DNA from: Phoronis australis
Taxonomy: Eukaryota > Animalia > Phoronida
DNA length: 64,000 bases
NCBI GenBank assembly: GCA_002633005.1
Contig: NMRA01000682.1
Coordinates: 94,543 to 158,542 of the forward strand
Direction of reading: 5' to 3'
Shown: one piece after another, positions 14,042-26,500 of the stretch
How the letters are laid out: each line of letters begins with the position of its first letter
How positions within the stretch are numbered: the first letter of the stretch is position 1
Translations under genes and position numbers: made by a program
The notes under the pieces: generated by a model
Told to the model about the DNA's origin: nothing
The model's database searches: none
Seen by the model: only the letters and a program-made list of their open reading frames with translations

Positions 14042-15065
14042 AGTCTGTTACTGCTCTTTATATTTTCAAAACTTTAATTTGTTATAGTTAATTTATTTGC
14101 TGTGCACCTCAATGAGACCAGTTCATATATATGCATTTAACACGATTAATACATTGTAAAACCATAGATTATGCACTATCAACATGAGACAAAAACAGTA
14201 CAACCCTTTATTAAAAAATGGGTTAAAGGTTAGAAACAAAGGACGAGAGCGTAGACAAGTTTCCATCACTTGCAACGTCGATTTTTTACGATGGACGTTG
14301 GATAAGAACATCAGTCTGGTGACAGCAACACGGAATCGTACGAAGGCGATGATTTTCGAAATTTGATTCGTTGTGTTGTTTGTCATTTTTTTCCTATAGT
14401 TCAGGATTATTTGTGGATACAGGAACTGAACGATGCAGGGTTCGTGACAACGTTGGTGAAAGGAAGGTGTTACAACTGTCATCGATATTGTCATCTCCTC
14501 TGTTTTCATCCAACCTTCCCAGATGAAAACTTGAATGAAGAGGACCTTCAGTACTTGAGTGAGCATGGTATACTGTGTGATTTATGTTGAATTATTCAAC
14601 GGTCCTTTTAAGAACCATTTCACGCTATACCTACAACCAACGGCCCTTTTAAGGGCCACTCAACACTTCCCAGAAGAACAGCTCACTTGAGAATGTTGAT
14701 TTATAAACACGCTTTCGTAGTTTTCTCCGTAGGCCTATGTGAACCGTAAATCAAAAACTGTCCGATAACTATGCTGCTATTGGGCAAGCAGACGACATAA
14801 AGGGTCGGAACCGAAGTTTGAATTTTGAAATTAATTACCAGTAGCATTGCCAAAAGTACTCACAATACCAATCCTTCTACTATTGAAAGACTTTGAAAAG
14901 CGTTTCAATACCGAATTAATATAGATTAATGTTTTTTTCGCTGTTTTGGACAGTAAAGTAGATGCAAGTATTTCTCGTCAAATTACACTGACCCGGAAAC
15001 TGCAGCAGATAGGTCAGGAGAGTTCAACTCAGCTCGTAAGAATATGCTGGAGTTGCTAATCTGTT

Positions 15066-15617
15066 GTCACCTCTTTTGTACCAGGAAATTATTTCTCATT
15101 TGAACAAAAACAAAAATTGCAGATATTAGTTGCCTTCCACGACTACCCTTGAGCAGGACAGAATTTTTTCTTTGTGGATTTAGCCATGATCGGCATCAGA
15201 CGGAAAATGTCTGGTGACGTCTACCACAAAAACGCGAACCAAGTTTTTTGAGAAGCTGTGCTTGTTGCTGACGGAGGATTTGGTGGCCGTCGTTTTCCAC
15301 ACACGGTAATCTAGCAACACTTTAAAGATAATGAATTCACTCAAACCTTTTCTTGTAGGAAGTTCGTGTGTAAAGGATAGGGATTTGTTTTGTAAGTGGC
15401 AATAATCTGTCTTCAATAAAAGCAGTAAATACCGGTTTGAACCCTTTTTACTTGGTCGAACATGTTCATCAAAGTGTCCCTCCTTGGCAATGTACGTAAT
15501 GCGCTCTACATTTATTGGACGCTGGGAGCATTATTATTATTGTACCGAACACCGTTTAAGACACTACATGAATAGGAAAGAGACGAAAATCGATCGAATG
15601 CAGACAAGAATTTCAAC
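15066..15617. repeat. ~550-bp direct duplication, copy 1 (copy 2 at 18121-18673)
   Basis: Highly similar from gtcacctctt to cagacaagaattt.aac. Confidence 0.95.
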
Positions 15618-15849
15618 GGATCATGCTGCCACAATAGATACTTACAAAATTTATCATAACCATTTTTTAACCTTCTAAGCCATACTAATTTCTGTGATTT
15701 CAAAAAACATGAGATATGAATGATTTCGCAATCACCATGCTCGAAATGTTTAAAATTTCGGTCCTTGTAATTTCATCAGGTTTACCTTGCCAAATAAATT
15801 TGAAAAACATACGTTCTAATAGATAAGTGTCTTCACTTGATGGTGATGG

Positions 15850-17100
15850 CAGAGCTATAAAAATATGAATTATTTGATTAAGAAAAGTGAATTTATGACA
15901 GTAATTTTGCCGAGACCGATTAGTGCTCTTCTCGACCAGGTGTTTTTTTTTTGATTTTGATTTTCTTGGGTTTCCGAGTTCAATTCAATCTCGGATAGCT
16001 TGAAGTAGACAATTATTGCCAAAAACATAAATTTATTCCCACAAACATAAATTGACCTAAAGGCCATGAGATATTAACCCCTGGACATAAACGAGCGTTA
16101 CTCAATTTCCTAGCACCAATCCATATGCAATGCGTTTTGTCCATATTAGGTTTTAGTCCCGAAAACTTATAATATTGGTCCATGAGACCCATAGACTGCT
16201 TCAATGACTTGTTCGACGCATCAATTGCTAACAAACTATCATCAGCGAATTTCACACTTTTTGTTCCTGGACTCCAATTTGTATTCCCTTTATATTCTTT
16301 TTATTCTGAAACAGGTTTGTCATAATGTCCACGCATAAAATAAACAGATAATGACTTAGGGGATCCCCTTGGCTACGTAAGCGACCAATAGGAAAATATT
16401 CAGATGCGGAACCGTGTTATATAATACACTATCGAGCGAAATTGTCCAGGAAACGAATCCAATCGATGAAATTTGGATTGAAATTAAAGTAAGACAAAAC
16501 ATTTTAGATAAATTTCCATGATAAAGAGTCGAAAGCTTTTTCAAATCACCAATTACTAAGTAGTCCTGGAATATTTCCTTATGTATATTGCATCAGATCG
16601 TAAGTTATTCTTGTATTCTCACCTGTAAATCGACCTTTTATAAAACCGGTTTGATTTTACAAATCAATAAACCAATAACGCGCTTGATACGTTGTGCAGT
16701 ACGACCCGTGAGTATCTTGTAGGTTGTGTTGAGAAATAAGATAGATAGCCACTTAGTTATAAATTTTCTGGGTTTATATCCTTTTGAAATTACAGTAATA
16801 ACCCCTTGTTGTTGGCGTGCTGGTAAAACACCACGCATAAAACTATTGTTAACGGATCTTGCTAAAAAAACTGAGAGCCTTCTAAAAGAACTTGAAGAAC
16901 TCAACGGAAAACCCATCTGAACCTGCCGCTTTATTATTTTTCATATCCTTGAGTGTAGATTAGGCGTCAGTTACTGTGATAGAAGCATTTCACGTTTTGT
17001 ATAATCATTTTCGGGATAACGAAATGAGAGAAAGAAGTTGTTGGAGATCAACGTCATTCAACTTATCTTTGCAAGATTATAAACTTTTGTAAACATTTCC
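15850..17100 (-). mobile_element. Decayed L1/Tx1-like reverse transcriptase fragment
   Basis: KAAGSDGFSVEF, EKAFDSLSW, QGDPLSHYLFILC, FADDS and SGLKPNMDKT..IWIG motifs, with frameshifts. Confidence 0.85.
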
Positions 17101-17584
17101 AATTTCATTTGATAGCTAAAGGCTATTAACAAAGACTATTAAGCAATATTATGCACTAAATATGAAACACTAATTTCTATACGTATCGCGACAGTCAATA
17201 AACTATATAAGAAGGTAAACTTAAGTCGATATTATCCCAATATAATATAACCAATTGAGGGGGGAGTATGACCAGCCACCTCAGCACACCGCTGTGAAAG
17301 TATTGTTCAAATCTCCAGCCAGATCCTTAAATGTATATGGGCGCCACCCTATTGTCATAAAGAAAACTAATTCTCTGACAATCAACACACACAGAGTAAT
17401 TCAGCAGTAATAGGCCTAAGCTCAAAAATCAGTTACGAGACGTCTTTAAACAGAAAATATTTCACCCCCCCAATAATTAGTTTTGTTATATTGAAAATGC
17501 GATGAGTTCAGTTTGACCTCCATCCACCATGTATGGGTAGGTCAATCTTGGAAAATAGGTTGGTCATTGGTCTCTAGAGGCATT

Positions 17585-18124
17585 GCAGTATAAGATGATC
17601 GCTTACTTAGAGACGTGGTAAGTTGGTTGCAGACGTTTCTAACTGATCTGCCAGGTCTTTATCAATGAATGAGGGAATTCCCGCCTTTCTCTGGTTAAGA
17701 ATGTTGGAATACACGGGGGTATGTGGAGACCTTAGTGACGGTTCAAGAGGGGGCGCAGACTGCTGATGTTATGGACTCCTTGAGCTTACGATCATAACAA
17801 TTTTGTTCTTTTGCTAGGATCCTGGATGACGCAAGAGTGATGGAATGCCCAGTCGCCAGTATGTGTTCCCCCCACAGCTGTTGGTCTGTCTAGTTTCTAA
17901 TGTTCTTTGAATCTTTGGTTTCTCCAATGTAGGTGTGGTTGGGATCCTGGTCACATTTCAGCTGGTATATGACCCCACATTGTGTAGCCAACGGGGTTGG
18001 GTGTTATTCAGGTACGGGGTAGTTTTGGGATTTAATGGTTATGAGCATGCTTCATACGCTGCAGGATTGTTGCAGCGATTCACTGAATTTGCCCAACATT
18101 GTGTCGAACATTAACTAGCTGTCA
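17585..18124 (-). mobile_element. Penelope-like element 3' fragment (GIY-YIG endonuclease relic plus degenerate hammerhead-like tail)
   Basis: VIYQLKCDQDPNHTYIGET, EHILATGHSI..SRILAKEQN.YDRKLKESI; tail TTGATAAAGACC...GAAACGTC. Confidence 0.8.
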
Positions 18125-18673
18125 CCTCTTCTGTCCCAGGAAATTATCTCTCATTTGAACAAAAACAAAAATTGCAGAGATTACTTGCCTTCCACGACTA
18201 CCCTTGAGCAGGACTGAATTTTTTCTTTGTGGATTTAACCATGGTGGGCATCAGACGGAAAATGCCTGGAGACGTCTTCCACAAAAACGCGAACCAAGCT
18301 TTTTGTGAAGCTGTGCTGGTTGCTGACGGAGGATTTGGTGGCCGTCATTTACCACACACGGTAACCTAGCAACTTTAACACTTTAAAGATAATGAATTCA
18401 CTCAAAAATTTTCTTGTAGGAAGTTCGTGTGTAAAGGATAGGGATTTGTAAGTGGCAATAGTCTGACTTCAATAAAGGCAGTAAATACCGGTTTGAACCC
18501 TTTTTACTTGGTCGAACATGTACATCAAAGTGTCCCTCCTTGGCAATGTACGTAATGCGCTCTACATTTATCGGACGCTGGGAGCATGATTATTATTGTA
18601 CCGAACACCGTTTAAGACACTACATGAATAGGAAAGAGACGAAAATCGATCGAATGCAGACAAGAATTTTAAC
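18121..18673. repeat. ~550-bp direct duplication, copy 2
   Basis: See copy 1. Confidence 0.95.
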
Positions 18674-20332
18674 TGTATCTTTTAAATTAGAATTTTGTTT
18701 GTAAATCACCCCACTAAGGTAATTGTCTATTATGACATCAGCGCTCACAATCCAACCCTTTCCTGCGGAGCTACAGTGCTCTCGCAAGTAGACGAGTATT
18801 TTAAGCGAAGTCCTCGTCCTCGTTTTAAGAAATTAGTGACAGCCAACGGTGAAGTTGTAAAGATAATGCAAAACAATGAAGGATTTTGTTGGTTTAAAGG
18901 TATGGTAAAATAACTACTTCAAAAAGTCTATCCAATCCACGTAAGGAATCTTGATTCTTGAGCAAGAAGAGTACAGAGGTGAAGTGTACTGTATGTCTCT
19001 GCGCATCTCATTTTTCTCACAGTTAAGACATATTATGTTATTGTATGCATATGCTTGGCGACGCAATAATGTACTAGGTGTTTCTTGTATTTTATTGTGG
19101 ATTTTTGTAAAACAACTCAAATGAAATGAGGAACTTTTCATAACGGTGCTCTCTAGAGTAATGAGAGCACAAAGGTCATTTCCGTATGATACCCGTTAAG
19201 ATTTGGTGGACATACATTCAGCTACTAATAGAGGTTCATTAATTTAAAAGCAGGGGGAATAAATTCCACTCTCAGTTGCTCCCATTGATTAACAAGTTCA
19301 CCGATTTGTTTGATTTTTTTTTCTCCCGCTGGGATCGAAATTCAGCCGCTTTATCAGCCACAGCCACAGGCTTTGTAGCGGATTCTGGGAAATTCATGGA
19401 ACATGGTGTCCACGTTCATCCATTCATATTACATAATGTAAGGCATTGGTATATCCCACCGCACAGCAGAGGGAATTTGGAATGGTGTTTTAACACAGTT
19501 TTAAACAACAGTGTTCATACCAGTAGGTTGAAAACTCCCGTTCCTATTACATTGGATGAGTAGGTGGCGCTGAAAACCTGTCCATCACAAACCTGATCGT
19601 AATCTAGCGGGAAAGTGAATTTCAATACGATGCAGGTATTTCGAAATTCAGCTATTTGTTCTTGTTCCGTTTAGCTTTGTCTTGGATTTGGCTAATACTC
19701 AAAATAGTAGGCGACATGGTAAGACGTGGACAGTTTGCTTCAGCATGAAGTCATATTTATCCATAATTGAATCACTGAAAGTTGCGTAATAAATTCTTTT
19801 TATTCAATCCTTCCAGCATCATATTCCAATTATCTAGAATTAGCTGAAAAAGAAGATCTTGGATAACATGCAACTGAATACTTACTTAAAATAGTGCGAT
19901 ATCTTTAGTTTCCGATTATCAACTTTCCTGAATTACACATTGAAAACATTAAGCATTTGACGATATACTCTTAAGTTTTCGCCAATCATTAGTCCATAAA
20001 ATGAGTCTCACACATATTTGCGGTTTCACTACCAAAATTACAGCAAGTTCATACCTAAGAGAAGGTCAAGGGCGTGCCATGAGCTGTGGTTGCCATATTG
20101 GTTGCACGCTTTTGAAATTCAACAATGTTTCTGTACTCAGTTTGATGTCCTCCGGCTTACCTGTATACACTGTACATGTACGTAACACTACGCTTAGCGT
20201 TCTTTTAATTATTATGAAGTGCAGAGAATTCCCTTTGAGAAGCAAACACACAATTGTCAATATGTCATTCCAGTTACGTTCAAGCGATGTTGGATAAGAG
20301 AGAACTCATTATGTTCATGTTAAAAAAGACTT

Positions 20333-20520
20333 TTAAGTGTAAAACGGGTTGTCTTTTCCAGGCATAAGGACCTGCTTCTTCGCCTGTGACCCAAAGTAGG
20401 CAGCGACGCCAATGGTTATCACGAGAAGTACAGCAAGTACAACGACAACCACGTAGAAAACGGTGTTGCTGGTATACCCAGCACAAAGAGGTTGCAGATC
20501 TGTCTTGTTCTCGTTGCTTT
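20333..20520 (-). CDS. ZP gene last coding exon (TM helix and cytoplasmic tail ending DNPFYT)
   Basis: tatatttcag|AA, phase 1 match; VFYVVVVVLAVLLVITIGVAAYF TM segment; TAA stop. Candidate AATAAA downstream at 19799-19804 and 19091-19096 (minus strand). Confidence 0.88.
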
Positions 20521-23500
20521 CTGAAATATACATGCAGAGAACGCCTCTGAGTATACTCTGCAAGATTGCACGTGTTTGATATGGCGCTCGTGTACATTTA
20601 CTGTACAGAGGGTGAGTGAAAGACTGAATGTGAGAGGGGTTTTCTAAAAATATGTAACGTGTAATTAAACTATCTACTACGATTGATCAGCCAAATTCAA
20701 GACGACCAATCAAGCGGTATGTCAAAGTCTGAAATATTACATGAGCACTCTTCAGAAACCTGCTCAGAGTTCAAATGCCACCCAATCTGCAGTTATGCAA
20801 TTAAGAACGCCCGTCAAACATCGTAAAAAGCGCCCGCACGGTAAAGATCGAGAATAACACTAGAACAAGTTACTCTTTGAACGAATGTCGCTAAGCTTGG
20901 GGTTGTCTGGACGCAATTTGCCCCACTTGTGACATCTTATTCCACCTTGTACATGTACATGTACTTGTTCTAGAATAACTTGTGTCACATCTCATCCTAG
21001 AGGTCTCAAAAATGGCGCAAGGCGGTTACATAGACTTAATTTTTTCGCGCCGTATTCACATCAGCTGTCCGTTCTTATGCACAAATTCCGCCTTGGGCAA
21101 GTTATCGGATATACATATACGTGTGGACGCTCCGCTTAAAGTGCGCTAAGTTGCAGTAGTGCCAGTTGTTCCGACTGCGAGCCGGAACTTTTACTCAACC
21201 TTTTCGAGCCAGGGTAACTTGCTCTAGAGTATCGGTGTGTGTCCGTAAACGAGGGGCAAGACGGACGTAATTATTATTCAGATGCCGTTACATTGAGATG
21301 AGACATCTTTTTTGTGCCGTATTTGCATCAGGCGTTCATTGTCTTGCACGAATCTACAACTTCCGCCTTGCGCTAGTTAAAGTGGGGCAAGTTGGACTAG
21401 TACAAATTGTTCTAGGGTATCGATGTCAGTGTGAGAAAGGGACTATAATGTCCCCACTCAAAGGGGGCCACTGTTTACTTGAGGTTTTTCAGGCTCGTTT
21501 TACGTAACGGTCAAAATACGGATCTTAGGATTCCCTCTAAGAATGCAATGCAACACTGGGGGAGTTAATCGTCCTCCTAGGTGGACCTCAAGGTGACTTC
21601 TTATTTATTTTTCAAACGATCCTTCTCCTTTTCTTCGTAAGTCGCAAGTGTAATCTTCCAAATACATTTTTCATTAACACATTTGATATAATACGGTAAA
21701 CACGTGATGTAATTTTCACGCATTCGAATCCCACAGCCATGGCAAGCGCATTCTCAAGTCCCAATGATTCTGCAGACGCTGGTACAACTGAGTGCAAAAT
21801 GCTTCGCATCGCTTTCGTCAGACAATTTCGCACAGTTAATCTGTAAAGCGATCCTGTTCCTCGTAAAATTACGCTAGTCCTTCACTACTTTCTGTTGGTA
21901 AACTGAAAAACACTGTTGATGTCGCCATGAGTTGGACTGAGAGATTTACAGACTGGTCACGAAAAAGGAAGACAAACGCGTCGGGGAATTGCAAAAGTGC
22001 AAGTTACGAGGAATAAGGAAGTCAATCCATACAATCAAAATATTTACTTCTCATGACTTTTGCTGTGAGTACTAATCTAACAAATATCCTCATAATGGAT
22101 GTTGATTGTTAACTCTCCAGTTCTTAGTACAAGTAAATAAGCTGATACTGAAACGACAGTTCGTTAATGGGACTTTTTTCTTATCTGACTGCAGGGGACC
22201 ATCCTTGTCCCTTGCGGCTCGGGAATGTCTGCGCTCAAAATTCCTTTATGTCGCAGGCTATTCCCCTCTCACCGATGTATATTCCCCATCCGCACCATTT
22301 TAACGCCCACAAACATAATTCTTATCATGTGTCTGTTCCAAAAAACTGACTAAGCTAAGACAAATCTTAACTTATAGTAAATTTTAACATAAAAACTTAA
22401 ATTTGTCTAAAGATCGTTTCAAGAAATAGGTCTTAAGTTTGAGTTAAGTTTATGATAAACGTTTTGTCTTGATTTTGAATGTCTTATTGCATGTGGCAGT
22501 TTCAGAGTATGGAAGTTAAGACAAATCTGAGACTTAAGTCAAAAATGAACTTAAGTCTATGTACTTTCTGCTCCTACATGTACACATTCTTCATTGTCCG
22601 CGAAAGTTACAATTATTCTTTACCCTCGTCCGCCGTTACCATCTTTTGGGATAGTTAACATTACCTTATATAAACCCCTGACCTCAAATAGATTCAAAAC
22701 GTATTCCCGCCATTTTTCTGTTATTCATTCTTAACAAAATTGTTTCTCTATTTCTGCCATTAAGCGATAAAATAAAATAAAAAAAATCAAATAGTCATGA
22801 ACAGAAAGTATATTTTAGCGATACAGTGTGACATGCATGTAGCATTCCCATTCTCGTGAGGACTCATCTCGTGAACACCAATATAAGTTTTTCAATGAAA
22901 CTTGATAATCTAGATAACATTCACAGTTTTGTTGTGAAAATATATTTGCGTCTAATGTTTACGATATTCAAATAATTAATTGAGAAATAGAACCTGTAAC
23001 CGTTAGAGGTTAACACTGACAAAGATAGTTCAGCAGCTCAAGCAACGAAATTGTCCTTGAGAACGGAACTAGCACTGGAGTGAAGGGACAGGGTTGGTAT
23101 GCAGTCGTGAACAATGACTTGTGTCTGGTATGGGAGAGGAGAACATGTGTCCGTGAGAGCGGAATGCCTAACGTGCCTTAGCCTGAAAGGAGTCTTGCGT
23201 GCGGGCAGGTCACTGCATGGCAAGAACCCTGGAGTAGGTTACAACTCTTGATCATGCGTGAGTTCGAATTTTACCCTTTTTACAGCATTCGTTCTAAGAA
23301 ATGTACTCACCTTTCCTAACAGACACGGTGAAATTGGCTTGGACAAAAATGACATTTCCTTGGCGAACGTCACGTCTTCTTCGTTTTAACGAGCAGGTGC
23401 TCTAAAATACGTTTAGAACACTTTTATCCAGTTAATTCACAACGAAGGTTATCATACTGCTTTTAATATAAAGGACCTATGATCGACCTCGCAGGCCTAG

Positions 23501-26500
23501 GGCACGCATTTTCATGAGTGACCTATGATGGATCTCCAGCAATAACGAATGTTTAATTCTTTCAAAGCCGTGAAGTCACGACAAATTTTACTAGGAAACA
23601 TAGTGAGACCAATTTTTACAACAATGCATGTACAGAAATAGATCTAAATCAAAACTTGTTTTTGAGAGATTTAAAGACGCTTTAACATAGCTGATCTGAA
23701 GTTTTTGTCATCCCTTGTCTGGAATAATAGGAAAGTTAGCGGTGGAAGTAGCGATGGTGGTGGTGGTGGTGGCGGTGGTGAGAGTGGTATTGGTGAAGTT
23801 GGAGGTAGAGAACAGAAGACTTTGTTGTTAAAAGCCATCTATACACGGATGTTACGATGACTATGGCGGTGGTAGTGATGATGGTGGTGGTGTTGATGGT
23901 GATGGCGGTGCTAGTGATTATAGTGATGGTGGTAACAGTGGTGATTTCAGTGGCCTGCATGGCGGTGGTAGTCCTGACTGCAATATGGATACAACACTAT
24001 ACTAATACTTATTGTTGAGATGGCAGTAAGCGTGGGTATCTTTAATTAGGAATAATTCTGTAACTGTAGCATTGCGCGATCATAGTCTTTCTTCAAAACC
24101 GATTTGCACCAGTTATTTGGCATTCCCGTGCATGCAGAGCACGTGACGGCTCACGCGCATACTTTTCAGCAAGGTGTGACCGCGTAGTATGCCTGGACGC
24201 AGACTGTGATTCTCGGAAGTTAAATTTTAACCCCTGACCTTGTCATGGAGTGTGAGCATATTTTGTGACCCCGTTAAATAATATGACTTAAACCGACGAA
24301 ACGATGGACCAGCTGACAGCGACATTTAACCAAAACTAAAAATATAGTCAGGTGGCTGAAAAAGGACTTGCAAATTAGTTAAACCCTTAGTTTATTGGCC
24401 GATAACATTTGTGCCCCCACTGCCCAAACATACAGTGAATTAACAAAACTTCATCGTAAACCTCCTAAGGATCATAACGCAAAAATGAGCATATTTGGTT
24501 CTGGTCTGCATCCCGACTCATTTTTAAACCTAGATATCGCCTGAATGAACATTGGTTTTGGCCAAGTTAATTTTTTTGGGTAAAGCCAGTTTTCAACCGA
24601 TGAGGCTAGTTCTAGGCTTTTATACACTAAAGATATGTTGTAACTTCAGATTGACAAGCGTCAGCTCCGCCCCCGCCATGGTCGCTGTTAATTGTTGGGC
24701 CACTGAAGCTGGTTAAAACGATATGAAGAATCACGCAGCTAAAAATGCCAAAATGCAAAGTTAATGAAAGCAGCTTCATGCAGAATAAAACCGTCCATAC
24801 CACTGGCTGGCAGTTCGCGTCATCTGTAGTAACACATATCACCAATTCGACCTCCACCGTTACAGTCTCGGACAATGGGGGTGCAAACATGACCATCTTC
24901 AATGTAGTTGAGTCGGTGGTAACAGTGTCACCACTTTTCGTACCTCTTTGCTGAGCTGTGTTTTTAGTAGACGTTTCTCCGCCAGTCGTGCAGCTTAATA
25001 TTGAGAAGAAAATGTTTTAAATCAACAATTGGGTAGGCAATGAAATCAAAAACAAGTATTTTATCACTCACAAAATCCAACGTTGCCACTAGTTAACTTA
25101 GAGGAGCATGCCACTCAAAAAACAACCTAATTTGTATCCATTTAGATCGAGTTGTTCTACTCCATAACGACAAGCACGGTTGCGTTACCTGACACCTGAC
25201 GGCAGACAGAGGAGTTGAAATTATCCAATGACGTCATCGGTTTCAAAGGCACACGCAGTTCACAACACGGGTTACTGGTGTCAGCTTATCGCTTGAAGTC
25301 ATCGTTTAACACCAATAAATCATCAAACATCGATGGAAAACCCTTAAAAATACACCGAGTTCTTATAAAAACGTGTTGTTTTATTTCGCTCTTACGGATT
25401 TATTGGTATTTGAACATACATGTACCGTAGCCTACAAAGTTCGGCAGGCCAAAAAGGTCCGTAGCAGGAGTTTGGGGTCTATTCGGAGATAATTTTGAAG
25501 TATTTTCCGTGCGATACAGACAGGAGAATCTAGATCTGTGTTTTTTAGACTTGTGATTTTTTGATTTCTAAACACAAAACGCTTGTTATCCTGGCCAGTG
25601 GCTCGGAGCCCGATCAGGCCCGTCGCGGCCGGCCGGATTAACTCGTTATCCCGGCCAGTGGCTCGGAAACTGATCAGACATCACGAACATAAACCAGCCA
25701 AAGTTCTGTGGAAACTAAACTTCCAGTCAACATACTAGCCTAGTGAGCCAAAGTAATGTGCACCTGATTATGTTGGTGAATTAGCCAGGAAACAGCAAAT
25801 CTACTTACTCATCGAGGGTCGCGAATTCAGATTCCGCTTTGGCCACAGCACCGTCAGGGAAGAAGTTGTACATTGACAATCATTATTTGAGTAATGTAAA
25901 AGGAAATAAAAATTCCCCGAACACCTGGCCGTGGGATGGAAATCGGGTTGTTTCACAACAGTTTCTGCCAGCAAACACTAAATTAACATGGGCTCACACG
26001 GCCTCGGTGTCCCGTCAATTAGTTTATTGCACCTGAAGCCGCGGTACGCAGTGATTTATTCATTGCTGGCTTCTCAAATCATTTGCACTCACAACACTCC
26101 AAAGGCAATACAAATTGCATCTAATGAGACAGACTTTGTTTCAGTTTTATATAAGTATTGGTTAGGATGAGAATCATTCGTTTTGAAACAGAATGCTCAG
26201 TAATAAACGTTAACGTGGCAACGCGCAATCCCGACTTAGGACGAGCTAGAGCTCATCAGTCCCGACTTCACAGGTGGATTGTTAAGTTTAACAGGCTATC
26301 AATTCGAACAGGAATACAGTGATGAAGAAATACTACAGAGGTGCCATGAACAAGCTCAGACAACGGAACGTGAAGAGTTATTTGATAAGCCGGCATTCAA
26401 GTTCGTCAGGCACTGTCGACGTCCGCAGGCCACAGACAAGGAGATGTTTCACGGCCTCATACTTGCTGTTTACAGCGTACATTTCATTCTTCACTACCAT

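Noticed and set aside
14363-14590. Exon-like segment after the gap
   Set aside because: Open on both strands with possible splice sites, but no recognisable protein and no partner exons found.
15066-18673. LTR retrotransposon interpretation of the 550-bp direct repeats
   Set aside because: The interior is LINE RT and Penelope debris; no PBS/PPT, gag/pol, clean TG..CA ends or TSD seen.
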